From assembly GCA_040754495.1 (NCBI GenBank), contig JBFMCO010000031.1:1-54032 (forward strand): DNA of 54,032 bases, in the 5' to 3' direction. The notes below the pieces were generated by a model. The model was not told the DNA's origin, searched no databases, and saw only the letters and a program-made list of their open reading frames with translations. The stretch is from Candidatus Micrarchaeota archaeon (GTDB taxonomy: Archaea > Micrarchaeota > Micrarchaeia > Anstonellales > Bilamarchaeaceae). Shown here piece by piece: positions 27,115-36,634 of the stretch (position 1 is the first letter of the stretch; each line of letters starts with the position of its first letter). Position numbers and translations under genes: made by a program.

Positions 27115-28762
27115 GCTTTCGCCTTGTCATGAATAATAGCAGAATAAGTAATAAAAACAGTGACAGGGCGGCCGCGGCGCCGAGCAGCAGGGCGGTCCAG
27201 GGGGAATCCTGCACCGCAGGCTCTTCCTGCGGGCTTTGGGCTGCAGGCTCCATGGCCTCCCTCATCCGCGCCGTAGCCTCGTCAAGCCCTTTTGCGAAAA
27301 GCGCCGTGCCATATGCGGCCTGCGTCTGGTTCTGCGCCAGCAGGAACGCGGCATGCGACTGATAGACCTTTCCCCAGAGGGAGTCCCTCCGCTCGGTCGC
27401 GAGAGGACTCGAGTCCTCCTCATCGTCCGGCCGGGCCGAGTTCGAGACGATGTAAACAGAGTCGTATATCGCCGCGCCGTAGCGGCCCTTGTCGTATGAA
27501 TCCTGCGCAATCCCGAGCCTCTCTTCCAGCTCCCCGCTCTTGCCGGGCGCAGCGCGGGCCTGCGCGAGGTAATCCCCGGCGATGTCCTTCCATGCCGACT
27601 CGTCTATGGCGCCGCCGCCCCCAGGCGCCGCCGAGAGCACCTCTTTCGCCACGTGGCACCATGCCTGCGCGTACATAAGCTCGTTGTACCTCACGAAGCT
27701 CTCGTCGCGGAGCATCCTGTCGCTCACATTCGTGCGCTCGAGCCTGTCCATGGCCCAGGCCTGCCTCTGGTCGGCCCCCACCACCCACTCGAAGTTGGAG
27801 TCGGTCAGCGCGGGCCTCCCGATGCCGGTGAGGCAGATTCCGGCCTCGCCCTTCTTGCGCGCAAGGTCCGGCTCTCCGGAGAGTATCACGCTTATGGTGG
27901 AGACGTCTATGTAGTTGAGGAACGCCTCGTTTGCCGCGCTAAAGACATAGCCCTTCTCGAGGATGCCCTCCTGGCGGGCCACCTCGCTCGTGAAGAACTC
28001 CCTCACTGCCGCAGTGTCGTTCTCGGCCTCGGGCATGGATGAGACGAGGCTCTCCTCCAGCTCTATCATCCTCTCGGAAACCGGGCGGAACGCCGCGAGG
28101 CCGGGCTCGTCATAGGGCGGGACGTCCGGCGTCTTGCGCTCCTCCACAGCCAGCCCCTCCTGGTCTATGCTCAGGTTTTCCGTCATGAACCCGATGACGT
28201 CGCCGGCGCTGCGGGCCTGGAGCACCTTTATGCCATAGTCGTCCTCCATGTCGCGCAGCAGGAGCATCTCGTAGAAATTCTCGACCGGCGTCACGAAATA
28301 CGCCGCGCCCATCCTGGCCGCGCCCCTCGCCTTCTCGTAAAGGCCCCCGACCGGCCCTATTTGCCCTGCCTCGTCTATCGTGCCGGTGATGACGGTGTCG
28401 TTCCTGAGGGGCTTCCCTTCGAGCAGCGCGTATGTCATGACGGCAAGGGCCGTCCCGGCGCTCGGGCCGTCCACGAAGCCGGTCCCGGGGTTGTCGCCGA
28501 AGCTGACAAGCACGTCGCAGGGGCCCTCCCCGGAGATGCTTTGCGCGTAGGCGGCGGCCTGCTCTATGGATTCCTGCGTCGTCACGCCGGTGCGCGGCTC
28601 CACGCTCACGTAGGCGTCGCCCGGGCCCTCGGCAAGCGTTATAGTCACGTTCACGAGGCCCCCGTCGTCGCCTACGACCGCCGGGACGTATCTTGTGATG
28701 CTGCCCGAGCACGAGGCCGCGGCGAGCGACGACAATGCCATTAGCAGGAGCAAAATCCGCAT
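27056..28762 (-). CDS. Membrane-anchored extracellular S16 (Lon protease domain) serine protease
   Basis: Signal peptide; VDGPSAG (Ser) and GPVGGLYEKA (Lys) dyad; no AAA domain; C-terminal TM. Confidence 0.88.
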   Translation of the reverse strand: MRILLLLMALSSLAAASCSGSITRYVPAVVGDDGGLVNVTITLAEGPGDAYVSVEPRTGVTTQESIEQAAAYAQSISGEGPCDVLVSFGDNPGTGFVDGPSAGTALAVMTYALLEGKPLRNDTVITGTIDEAGQIGPVGGLYEKARGAARMGAAYFVTPVENFYEMLLLRDMEDDYGIKVLQARSAGDVIGFMTENLSIDQEGLAVEERKTPDVPPYDEPGLAAFRPVSERMIELEESLVSSMPEAENDTAAVREFFTSEVARQEGILEKGYVFSAANEAFLNYIDVSTISVILSGEPDLARKKGEAGICLTGIGRPALTDSNFEWVVGADQRQAWAMDRLERTNVSDRMLRDESFVRYNELMYAQAWCHVAKEVLSAAPGGGGAIDESAWKDIAGDYLAQARAAPGKSGELEERLGIAQDSYDKGRYGAAIYDSVYIVSNSARPDDEEDSSPLATERRDSLWGKVYQSHAAFLLAQNQTQAAYGTALFAKGLDEATARMREAMEPAAQSPQEEPAVQDSPWTALLLGAAAALSLFLLLILLLFMTRRKHGDKRTRFGKADRAEKEKG

Positions 28763-28927
28763 GCACCAGTTTCCGCCGCCCCGCATTAAAACCCTTTTGG
28801 CCCTGCCGGCTCCACGGCCGGGCTCCTCGTGCGAACCATTCCGTTTAAAACACGTTCTACAACACGCTTAGGATGACGCCCGGAGGGCCGGACAAGGTTT
28901 TAATATATGCAAGGGAAAATACCATTC

Positions 28928-29674
28928 ATGGACACGAGTCTCGAGCGCAAACTCTCCATCCTGCGCAAGAGGATAAGGAAGCTGGACGGGGCGCTCGTCG
29001 CTTTTTCCGGCGGCGTGGACAGCACGTTCCTGATGCGCATCTGCAGGGAGGAGCTTGGCGAGAAGGCGGTGGCGGTCACCGCGCTCTCGGACAGCTATCC
29101 CCGCTCGGAGCTTTCCATGGCCCGCCGCGTGGCCAAGATAATCGGCGTGAAGCACCTGGTGGTCGACCCGAAGCAGCCGGAAGGCGCGGAGCAGCCCCGG
29201 CCCTCGGAGTTCTGCCGCGGCTCGAACGTTTATAGCTGCCTGAAAAGCATGGCGATGCGGATGAAGCTCGGCAACGTCCTGGACGGCTCGCACCGCGACG
29301 ACGCCTCGGAGAAGGGCAGGCATTTCATGGCCGCAAGGCGCGCGGGCGTGAGGAGCCCGCTTCTCGAGAGCGACCTCACCAAGGCCGAAATCCGCCTGCT
29401 CGCCAAGGAGCTGGGCCTGCCCAACTGGGACGCGCCCTCATCGGCCGAGAGGAAGAAACCGGCCAGGGAGCCATTGCGCCCCTCCGCAAGGAGGCTCGCC
29501 CTGGAATACGTGCGCTCAATCGAGCCCGGGGCGGCCCTCATCGTGCGCGGAGGAAGGGTGTTCATCTCGGTCAGCGAAGCGTCCATGGGGCGGTTGGCAA
29601 AGCGCATCACCGAGCTGCAGAAAAGGCTGCGGGCCATGGGGTTCTCGGAAGTACTGCTGAAACTCTCGTCCTGA
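28928..29674 (+). CDS. LarE-like PP-loop ATPase, degenerate
   Basis: VAFSGGVDS, AVAVTA, SPLLE..LTKAEIR..AKELGLPNWD. The CYxCK, YRPG and ACLASR motifs are not present. Confidence 0.75.
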   Translation: MDTSLERKLSILRKRIRKLDGALVAFSGGVDSTFLMRICREELGEKAVAVTALSDSYPRSELSMARRVAKIIGVKHLVVDPKQPEGAEQPRPSEFCRGSNVYSCLKSMAMRMKLGNVLDGSHRDDASEKGRHFMAARRAGVRSPLLESDLTKAEIRLLAKELGLPNWDAPSSAERKKPAREPLRPSARRLALEYVRSIEPGAALIVRGGRVFISVSEASMGRLAKRITELQKRLRAMGFSEVLLKLSS

Positions 29675-29679
29675 CTCAT

Positions 29680-29757
29680 GGGTTGCGGGTTCCGCGTTTT
29701 CGGTTTTGGAAAAATGCAAAACCCTAAACTGGAGACCCGAAACCGGCTGCCGGCTTC
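29680..29757. repeat. Degenerate 7-bp-periodic inverted repeat between convergent genes
   Basis: gggttcc gcgtttt cggtttt g-gaaaaatg-caaaacc ctaaact ggagacc cgaaacc ggctgcc ggcttcc. Confidence 0.75.
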
Positions 29758-29758
29758 C

Positions 29759-30328
29759 CTAAGCCACCTTCTTGAAAGACAGTATCCCCTTCTCGGTCCT
29801 GATGAACTCGTAGCTCTCGGAAAGGTACAGCTTCTCGAGCGCGCTGCCCGCCTCGGTTATGTAGTCCGCTATGCTGCCCTTGGGTATGTCCTCGTAAAGG
29901 TATCCTATGGTGTATTTCAGCCCGGTTGACGCGGCCTCCTTCTCCCTCTCCTTCAGGAGTATCCTCCGGACGCCCCGGCCCTCGTAGGCGAGCAGAACGG
30001 CCGGGTCCTCAAGGTAAAGGGCGTTAGGCTCGCCGCTCGTTATCCGCTTGCTCTCAAGGTCGAGCTTGGCAGGCCACGCGAGTCCCACGCCGACCAGCAT
30101 CCTGTTGACGGTCGCGCCGAAGCTCTTCCCGTAGGACACGATGTTGTTCACCTCGACGTCCGTGACGTCGAAGGCGCATTTCCGCATGACCTTGACGCAG
30201 TCCTCTATGTCCTCGGCGGTCAGCCTCTTGACCTCCACCTCTTCCTCGTCAAGGAGATGGATGAACTTGGGTTTGGCCGCTTCCTGCGGCTCCGCTTTTT
30301 TCTCGCTCTGCCTGAAAGATTCGACCAT
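29759..30328 (-). CDS. GNAT-like acetyltransferase fold protein
   Basis: VEVKRLTAEDI, LVGVGLAW, LEDPAVLLAYEGRGVRRILL (acetyl-CoA motif-like), EKLYLSESYE. Confidence 0.6.
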   Translation of the reverse strand: MVESFRQSEKKAEPQEAAKPKFIHLLDEEEVEVKRLTAEDIEDCVKVMRKCAFDVTDVEVNNIVSYGKSFGATVNRMLVGVGLAWPAKLDLESKRITSGEPNALYLEDPAVLLAYEGRGVRRILLKEREKEAASTGLKYTIGYLYEDIPKGSIADYITEAGSALEKLYLSESYEFIRTEKGILSFKKVA

Positions 30329-30334
30329 TTGTGC

Positions 30335-30676
30335 TCACATGAAACGCGTATTGCAGGACGGGCACTGCGTCAGCATGGCCTCCATCTTATAGCCACAGAT
30401 AGGACATACATAGAAGGTTTTATTAGCCCTTTCAAGCTCCGCCTCGAAGCTGAAGCCGCATTTGGTGCACTTCTTCGCGTCCAGCTCGACCAGCGTCTGG
30501 CACTTGGGGCACTTCCTCCTGAACATGCTCTTTATGCGCACGCCGCATTTCGGGCAGCGCTCCATGGCCAGATTGACCTTCTCCCCGCAGTTCGGGCAAC
30601 TCTGCGTCTGCCCCTTCCTAGAGGATGAGGGGGGCCCGCCCTTGAGGGCATTGCCGAGGAGGTCTCCTAGTCCCAT
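30335..30676 (-). CDS. Triple zinc-ribbon protein
   Basis: Six CxxC motifs: CPNC/CPKC, CPKC/CTKC, CPIC/CPSC. Confidence 0.85.
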   Translation of the reverse strand: MGLGDLLGNALKGGPPSSSRKGQTQSCPNCGEKVNLAMERCPKCGVRIKSMFRRKCPKCQTLVELDAKKCTKCGFSFEAELERANKTFYVCPICGYKMEAMLTQCPSCNTRFM

Positions 30677-30681
30677 GTAAA

Positions 30682-33600
30682 TCAGCTTATCGTGCAGTTG
30701 ATGTCATAGTCGCGCAGGGGGAGCTGGATGCCGCAGAAGCTCCCAAGCTCGGATATCGTGCCCGTGTCCCCGAGGCCGCAGTCGACGTTCGGGTCGCCGG
30801 TCCTGGGGAACACCACCGGCTTGTTGATGGAGTTCACGAACGTGTCCTTCACGTACGTGTATTTCTTGCCGTTCGCCCCGGCGAGGCAGCATTTCTCGGG
30901 CTTGTCGAAGCCGGCGATGACGTCCATGTAGGCGTCGTTGCTGACCTCGCTCATCGTGAACGGGCCGATGTCGTCCACCGTTCCGTTCGAATACGACAGG
31001 GTGCAGGTGTAGCTCCCGGCCGTCATGTTGCAGAGCGCGCATTCGTCCGCTCCGGTATCCACGACCGTGTCGGCCGGGCACTTGGCCTCGTCCTCGTCCA
31101 TCCCGTCAGGCACGGTGCAGAGGAAGCCGTTGTCGCACTTCCTCGGGTCCATGAGCGCGCGCGAGTATTCCGAGCACGGCCCGGTCCCTATCTTGTCGAT
31201 GCTCGCGCATTTGGTGCAGTTCTGGGCATCCACGGCGCCGACGCGCGTGAAAAGGGCGACCGGATATCCGGTGGACATCTTCTGCATCGCACCCTGGAAG
31301 GCGCAGAACTTCGGCGTCTTGTAGCCGATGCTCCCGGTGATGTCCACCAGGCCCTTCCCGCCTGCGCTTGACCTTGCGGGCGAGTAGATGATGCCGGTCA
31401 CGCCTGCCTTGACGAGGTCGTCCTGCTGGGTGACGATGGTCTCGAAAAGCTCGTCGTAGGTGTTGGAGTTCCAGTACCCGTCGTTGCTCTGCACGTTCAG
31501 GCCGACCACCATCGTCGGCTTACGCCTGGACTGCAGGGCGGTGCGGCCGTAGGACGCTATGTCCTCGGCGATGGCGATGCTCCTGTTCTTCACGTCGCTG
31601 ATGCCGCCCAGCACGGACGAGTGGCTCGATACCGGGTAGTCGAATGTCACCATGTCCAGGCTGAAGGTCGCGCGCGGGTCGGAGAGGACTGAATTTATGG
31701 AGTCGTTGAATGACGCGATGCTCGAGGGGCTGTCCACGTGGAACGCGGTCAGGCAGCCGAAGCATTTCTCCTTCACTATGTTGCTCCGGTTTATGATGGT
31801 CTCTATCTTGGTCTCGTCGGCCTCGCCGCTCACATGGTCCACTATGACGACCGAGGCGCCCATCTCCCCGAAGAGCCTCTGGAAGTCGTACTGCTGGTAG
31901 TAGTCGTCCGAGCCCGAATCAAGGTAGAACAGGAAGAAGCTGCCGTCCCCTGCGTCCGGGTTGTTTATGTTCCAGTTGCTCGCATCGCTCATGTCGAATA
32001 CCGGCATCACGCCTGCCTTCATGTAATTGCCCAGCCTCTCCTTGAGGATGGAAGCCTCCGGGCTGGTCCTCGGGGAGCCGACCGAGCCCAGGGACTCCTT
32101 GTAGTCGTTGATGTCCGTTATGTGTGTGTTGAAGCAGGAGACGTTATCCGTCACCCTGAAGCCCATGAACCCTTCCCAGTTGACCTTGTACGAGGGCTGG
32201 CAGATGGACTCGAGGTTGCTGTAGGAGCCGCCCTCAACGTTAGCGGTGTAGGCCGGCATGTAGACCCTGCTGTAGGCCGTAATGTTCTGGAACGCCAGGG
32301 TGGAGGTCGTGCACGGCTGGCACCAGCCGTAAGTCCTCACCTCGGGCAGGTACGTGCTGTCGTCCACCGCGCAGTTCCCTATTTTCCCGTTGCCGGGCGT
32401 GTACTTGAACAGGTAAATATAGCGGCTGAAGGCCAAATCGTAATACATGTTCGGGCTCTCGAAAAACCACCACGGATAGTAGTCCCTGCGCACCTCGCAG
32501 CTGCTCGTGCCGGGGGTGCTCGTCATGTACTCGTCGTAGATGTTGCGCTCCCTGAGCGCCTGGCCCGCCGTAGAGGCGATGTGGTATCCTATCAGGTCGA
32601 AGTAGTTGTGGCCTGTGAAGTCGGCATCCGAGAATCCCTTGGAATACATGACTATCCACGGGATGGACGATACCACCGCGTCGTAAGACTGGATGGCGTC
32701 CCCGCAGCCGTCGCTGAAGCCCTGCGTCTTGATGGCCTTCACCCTCTCCTGGAAGTACGGCTTGAAGGAGTCCATGAGGGCGCTCCAGTCCGAATCGCTC
32801 ATGCTGCTCAGCTCGACCTTGACGTAGTCGGTCGCGCCTATGCTGCAGTTCTTCACGACCGCCATGCTGTTGAACTCCGAGTCGCTGCCCGCAAGCGCAT
32901 AGCCGATTATCGTGCTGCCGCCGTACTGGACCTCGTCGTCGCCCTGCTTGCCGAAGAACACCGCGCCGCCGGCCGGGGGCCTCGAATAGTCGTAGAGCGA
33001 GGAGCACAGCACGGTCGTGCTCTCGTTGTTGGTTCCGTAGTCGAACTGGCAGTATTTTTTCTGCGTGTTGTAGAAATAAGTGTACACGCTGTTCGTAACG
33101 GTGCGGTTCGTGCCCTGCCTCGTGTTGCTGAACAGCGATATGTCGAATGCGTCCCAGTACGGGTCCATCGCCGCCTCATCCTGGGAGAGGGTGTTGTACG
33201 AAATCCCCGGGTTGATGCTTAGCGGATACTCCAGGTGCACCGGATAAGCCTGGATGGACGCGTAGGTGAAGGTCGGGGTCGCGCCCCCTCCGGGTACGGT
33301 CACGGACTTGGTCGGCGCGCACACGACCACGGTCTGGCCTACCTCGTTCTGCACCCTGTTGCAGTCCGCGACCACTTCGTCGCCGTCGCCAGCCAGGCCG
33401 GGATACTCGAGGAGCACCCCCCTGTTGTACACCTGCGTGTCGCACGCACCCGAGTAGCAGTCGTTCGTCCTCGCATCGCACTCGAAAGGCGCTCTCGTGG
33501 TGCTGGCCGAGGTGAGCCCGTACATGGTCGAGGCATGGGCTATCGAGAGCTGCTTCCTGTAGAACGCGTCGTCTATCTTCTTGTAGATGCCGTCCTGCCT

Positions 33601-34533
33601 CACGAACGCATCCTCGTATACGTAGCCTCCCCAGTCGCTCCAGTACGCGTTCCAGTCCTCCCTCGCGTGGTGGGCGAACTTGTAGTTCGACGCGTCAGGC
33701 ACAACCGGGGTGAAGGTGAAGCCGCCGGCATATGGCATGCCGCCGGTTTTCGCAGCCGCGCTCTCGGTAAATCCGAAGGGGTTCGGGGTGCCGAAGGGGG
33801 ACGTTGCGCTATCGTCGAGGCAATTGACGTTTATGCTGGCCCCGGGGTTGTATCCAGTGATTGAGCTCGTCAGGTAGTTCATGTACCTGTCCACCCTCTG
33901 CGCGCCCGAGGCGCCGGAGTTGATGTTGCAGAACTTATCCGAGAGCGGGAAGAAATACCTGTACTGGTCGAATTCGTCGAATGAGCCGCCGACGCCCACC
34001 CTGAACACGTTTATCGACGACTTGCTGCTCCTCATTATCTGGCGCAGCTTCGCGTCCATCGTGAGGAACCGGCACTGGGCCTTGTAGAAGTTCGCCGCGC
34101 CTCCTTCTCCGGTGTCCGGGGGTATGTCGCCCGATGAGCCCTCGACGTTCCCCTCGGCGCTGCTCGTGTCGTTGCCGCTCGTCACGAAGCCGGGTGCGAA
34201 CTGCGGCTTGAACTTGAAGTCCCCGCAGACCATCGCGGTGCAGTTCTGGGATATGCACGGCACTATCTGGTCCTGCGTGCAGACGGGTATGAGGTAGGAC
34301 TTCGTGCCGACCGAGACGTTGCAGTGGCCGGTCGTGTTGGTGGCGTTGTCGTCGCAGAGGCCGTTCGTCTGGGAGATGAGGTTGTACGTAAGGAAATCCG
34401 TGGTGTTGTAGAGCATGCAGCCCTCGCTGATGTTCTCCTTGAGGCAGCACCCGAGCTTCTGCACGGGCTGGATGCACCCTGCGGCCAGGAGGGCCAGGAC
34501 GACCGCTGCAATTACAATCGGGGCTCTCATCAT
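30682..34533 (-). CDS. Giant Cys-rich surface lipoprotein (1283 aa) with a possible glycoside-hydrolase-like barrel near the C-terminus
   Basis: LLAAGC lipobox; many Cys, aromatic residues and N-x-S/T sequons; overlaps the upstream stop by 4 nt. Confidence 0.85.
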   Translation of the reverse strand: MMRAPIVIAAVVLALLAAGCIQPVQKLGCCLKENISEGCMLYNTTDFLTYNLISQTNGLCDDNATNTTGHCNVSVGTKSYLIPVCTQDQIVPCISQNCTAMVCGDFKFKPQFAPGFVTSGNDTSSAEGNVEGSSGDIPPDTGEGGAANFYKAQCRFLTMDAKLRQIMRSSKSSINVFRVGVGGSFDEFDQYRYFFPLSDKFCNINSGASGAQRVDRYMNYLTSSITGYNPGASINVNCLDDSATSPFGTPNPFGFTESAAAKTGGMPYAGGFTFTPVVPDASNYKFAHHAREDWNAYWSDWGGYVYEDAFVRQDGIYKKIDDAFYRKQLSIAHASTMYGLTSASTTRAPFECDARTNDCYSGACDTQVYNRGVLLEYPGLAGDGDEVVADCNRVQNEVGQTVVVCAPTKSVTVPGGGATPTFTYASIQAYPVHLEYPLSINPGISYNTLSQDEAAMDPYWDAFDISLFSNTRQGTNRTVTNSVYTYFYNTQKKYCQFDYGTNNESTTVLCSSLYDYSRPPAGGAVFFGKQGDDEVQYGGSTIIGYALAGSDSEFNSMAVVKNCSIGATDYVKVELSSMSDSDWSALMDSFKPYFQERVKAIKTQGFSDGCGDAIQSYDAVVSSIPWIVMYSKGFSDADFTGHNYFDLIGYHIASTAGQALRERNIYDEYMTSTPGTSSCEVRRDYYPWWFFESPNMYYDLAFSRYIYLFKYTPGNGKIGNCAVDDSTYLPEVRTYGWCQPCTTSTLAFQNITAYSRVYMPAYTANVEGGSYSNLESICQPSYKVNWEGFMGFRVTDNVSCFNTHITDINDYKESLGSVGSPRTSPEASILKERLGNYMKAGVMPVFDMSDASNWNINNPDAGDGSFFLFYLDSGSDDYYQQYDFQRLFGEMGASVVIVDHVSGEADETKIETIINRSNIVKEKCFGCLTAFHVDSPSSIASFNDSINSVLSDPRATFSLDMVTFDYPVSSHSSVLGGISDVKNRSIAIAEDIASYGRTALQSRRKPTMVVGLNVQSNDGYWNSNTYDELFETIVTQQDDLVKAGVTGIIYSPARSSAGGKGLVDITGSIGYKTPKFCAFQGAMQKMSTGYPVALFTRVGAVDAQNCTKCASIDKIGTGPCSEYSRALMDPRKCDNGFLCTVPDGMDEDEAKCPADTVVDTGADECALCNMTAGSYTCTLSYSNGTVDDIGPFTMSEVSNDAYMDVIAGFDKPEKCCLAGANGKKYTYVKDTFVNSINKPVVFPRTGDPNVDCGLGDTGTISELGSFCGIQLPLRDYDINCTIS

Positions 34534-35555
34534 ATCACTTTGCTTACCATCTTGGTGAGTTCGAACGTGTCTCCGCCCAGCACGCTCATCATGTACCTTA
34601 TGAATATCATGGTCATGAAGAACGCGACCAGCGGGTGGAGTATGAGCGAGATGTAGGATTTCGCGAGGTCGTTCCTCACGCTGTCCAGGGTGAGGCCCGC
34701 GCTGCTGCCGAATCCGGCCGCCTCGAGCGAGTTCAGCACCGACACCGCGTTCGTCATCGTGGCGTAGCAGTATGGCGCCGCCTGGGTGGCGATGTTCGGC
34801 GTGGGCGGGATAGGCGAGGCGACGAACCCGGGGTCGAGCAGGACGAAGAATATCGGGAATATGAAGTACATCCCCACGCCCATGGCTATGAACAGCGCGC
34901 CGGGCCCGCGCGTTACGTAGAAACTGCGCAGGAGTATGCCCACCGGCACGAAGACGTGCAGCATGTTCACCCGCAGGTACTCCAGGAGGGACGACTGCGC
35001 GTTGAGGCCGATGAGAAGGACCGTGGCGAGGTTATTGACTATCCTGGCCGTCTCCGTGTCCCGGTAGAGCCCGCTCACCCAGTCCCCCTTGAAAAACGTC
35101 ATCCCGAATATGCTCGCCTGCATGTTGAGTATGTAGAACTCGGCTATCAGCCAGCCCGAGGACGTCGTCGCGTCCTGGATCGCGGCGACCTCGCTCGCCC
35201 TGGTCTGGAGGCGGCACCTTATGGCGCTGTACGCCTCGTCCATGGTGGTCTGGTTCGTGGTGCCGATGTGGTATGCCGTGCCCCCGCAGTAGACGTCCCC
35301 GTGGATGAACGAGCGGGATATCCCCATTGCGCTCTCCACCATGAGCACGAGGAAGATGGCCATGAACCCGGTCGCCGCGGCCCGGAGTATCTCGCTCGAC
35401 GCGAAGGCCTCCAGTTCCCTGATTGAGAACGCGCGCGCCGCCATGAGCATTATCGTGTGCGCGAGGATTGCCGTCGCCACTGCCAGTATCGACAGGGGGA
35501 GCCAGTTGGCCCATGCCCCGTAGAAGCTGCTGATGGAAAGCACCGGCATCATCAT
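34530..35555 (-). CDS. Polytopic membrane protein, paralog 6 of CedA/VirB6-like array
   Basis: Blocks RELEAFASSEILRA, PVGILLRSFYVTRGPGALFIAMG..YFIFP and HPLV..FIRYMMSVLGGD. Start trimmed from ORF 35762. Confidence 0.8.
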   Translation of the reverse strand: MMMPVLSISSFYGAWANWLPLSILAVATAILAHTIMLMAARAFSIRELEAFASSEILRAAATGFMAIFLVLMVESAMGISRSFIHGDVYCGGTAYHIGTTNQTTMDEAYSAIRCRLQTRASEVAAIQDATTSSGWLIAEFYILNMQASIFGMTFFKGDWVSGLYRDTETARIVNNLATVLLIGLNAQSSLLEYLRVNMLHVFVPVGILLRSFYVTRGPGALFIAMGVGMYFIFPIFFVLLDPGFVASPIPPTPNIATQAAPYCYATMTNAVSVLNSLEAAGFGSSAGLTLDSVRNDLAKSYISLILHPLVAFFMTMIFIRYMMSVLGGDTFELTKMVSKVI

Positions 35556-35557
35556 AT

Positions 35558-36634
35558 CTACACCAGTTGGGTTATCCTGCTTAAATCTATATCCTCTCCG
35601 TAGAGGCGCGCTATATAGCTCACGCTTGCAATCGTCGCGAGCAGGGCTATGCTCGGGAAGAACACCGCCGCGACGAAGGAGTTCGACGCGAACATGATGG
35701 CCCCGGCGGGGTTCTCCAGGTCGTTCGAGCCGAAGCCGCAGCCTCCGGAGCTGAAGTAGCACGCCCTCAGGTAGTCCTCGCCCATCATGCTCTGGGCCAC
35801 GCCGCCTCCTCCTTCCCGGGCCGGGTATTTGTCCTCGTTGTAGGCGGACATGGGCTGCGGAAGCGGCGTGAAGCCGGTCCCTGCATCAAGCAGGGTGTTC
35901 CTCATGAGGTAAAGGATGCTGAGCAGGAACGGATAGACCACCAGGAAGGCCATGGCGAGAGCTATGAAGAGCGAGCCGAAGGAGCGCATATACGGCATGG
36001 ACCGCATGAAGACGCCGAGGGGCAGGAAGAGGAAGACGAATCCCTTGTACACGAACAGCAGGATGAAGAGGAAATTGAGCACCATGAAGTGGGAGATTAT
36101 CGCGCCGTTGAAGAAGATGTTCATCGCCGCCATGTGGGCGCCGTATCCGCCGAGGGGCTGCTGGGTGTCTCCCGAGTAGCCGAAGAGGCAGCCCCACCCT
36201 ATCCTGCCTGTCGCGAGGTCACAGATGAAGGCGTTGAAGAACGACAGCGTCGTGTACGCTTCGAGGTGGTATCGCACGACCGTCAGGGCGTTGTGCGAAT
36301 AGAGCGCGGTCTCGTTCAGGTAGCTCTGCGCCGCGCTGTAGATGTCCGGGTTTCCGGGCGGCGCTGTCAGGTCGAAGAGGCCCGCGACCTCGTCCATCCT
36401 GATGGCGCAGAACGTGTTCATGATGGTAAGCAGCACGAAGACCGTGGCCATGGAGATGACCAGCTGGACGGCCTCGGTCCTTCCCCACAGCGTCAGCTTG
36501 GGGTTCGCGAGAGCGGTCCCGGCCATATACGCGCCCCCGATTATGAGCGACGTGGTGACGCTCGCGACGGCCAGCAGCGGCATTATCGTTGCGCCAAAGA
36601 ACGCTCCGAACTCAGGACCGCAGATATTGACCAT
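35558..36634 (-). CDS. Polytopic membrane protein, paralog 5 of CedA/VirB6-like array
   Basis: AYMAG..NPKLTLWGRTEAVQ, PLGVFMRSMPYMRSFGSLFIALA..LVVYP, FPSI..IARLYGEDIDLSRITQLV. Confidence 0.8.
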   Translation of the reverse strand: MVNICGPEFGAFFGATIMPLLAVASVTTSLIIGGAYMAGTALANPKLTLWGRTEAVQLVISMATVFVLLTIMNTFCAIRMDEVAGLFDLTAPPGNPDIYSAAQSYLNETALYSHNALTVVRYHLEAYTTLSFFNAFICDLATGRIGWGCLFGYSGDTQQPLGGYGAHMAAMNIFFNGAIISHFMVLNFLFILLFVYKGFVFLFLPLGVFMRSMPYMRSFGSLFIALAMAFLVVYPFLLSILYLMRNTLLDAGTGFTPLPQPMSAYNEDKYPAREGGGGVAQSMMGEDYLRACYFSSGGCGFGSNDLENPAGAIMFASNSFVAAVFFPSIALLATIASVSYIARLYGEDIDLSRITQLV

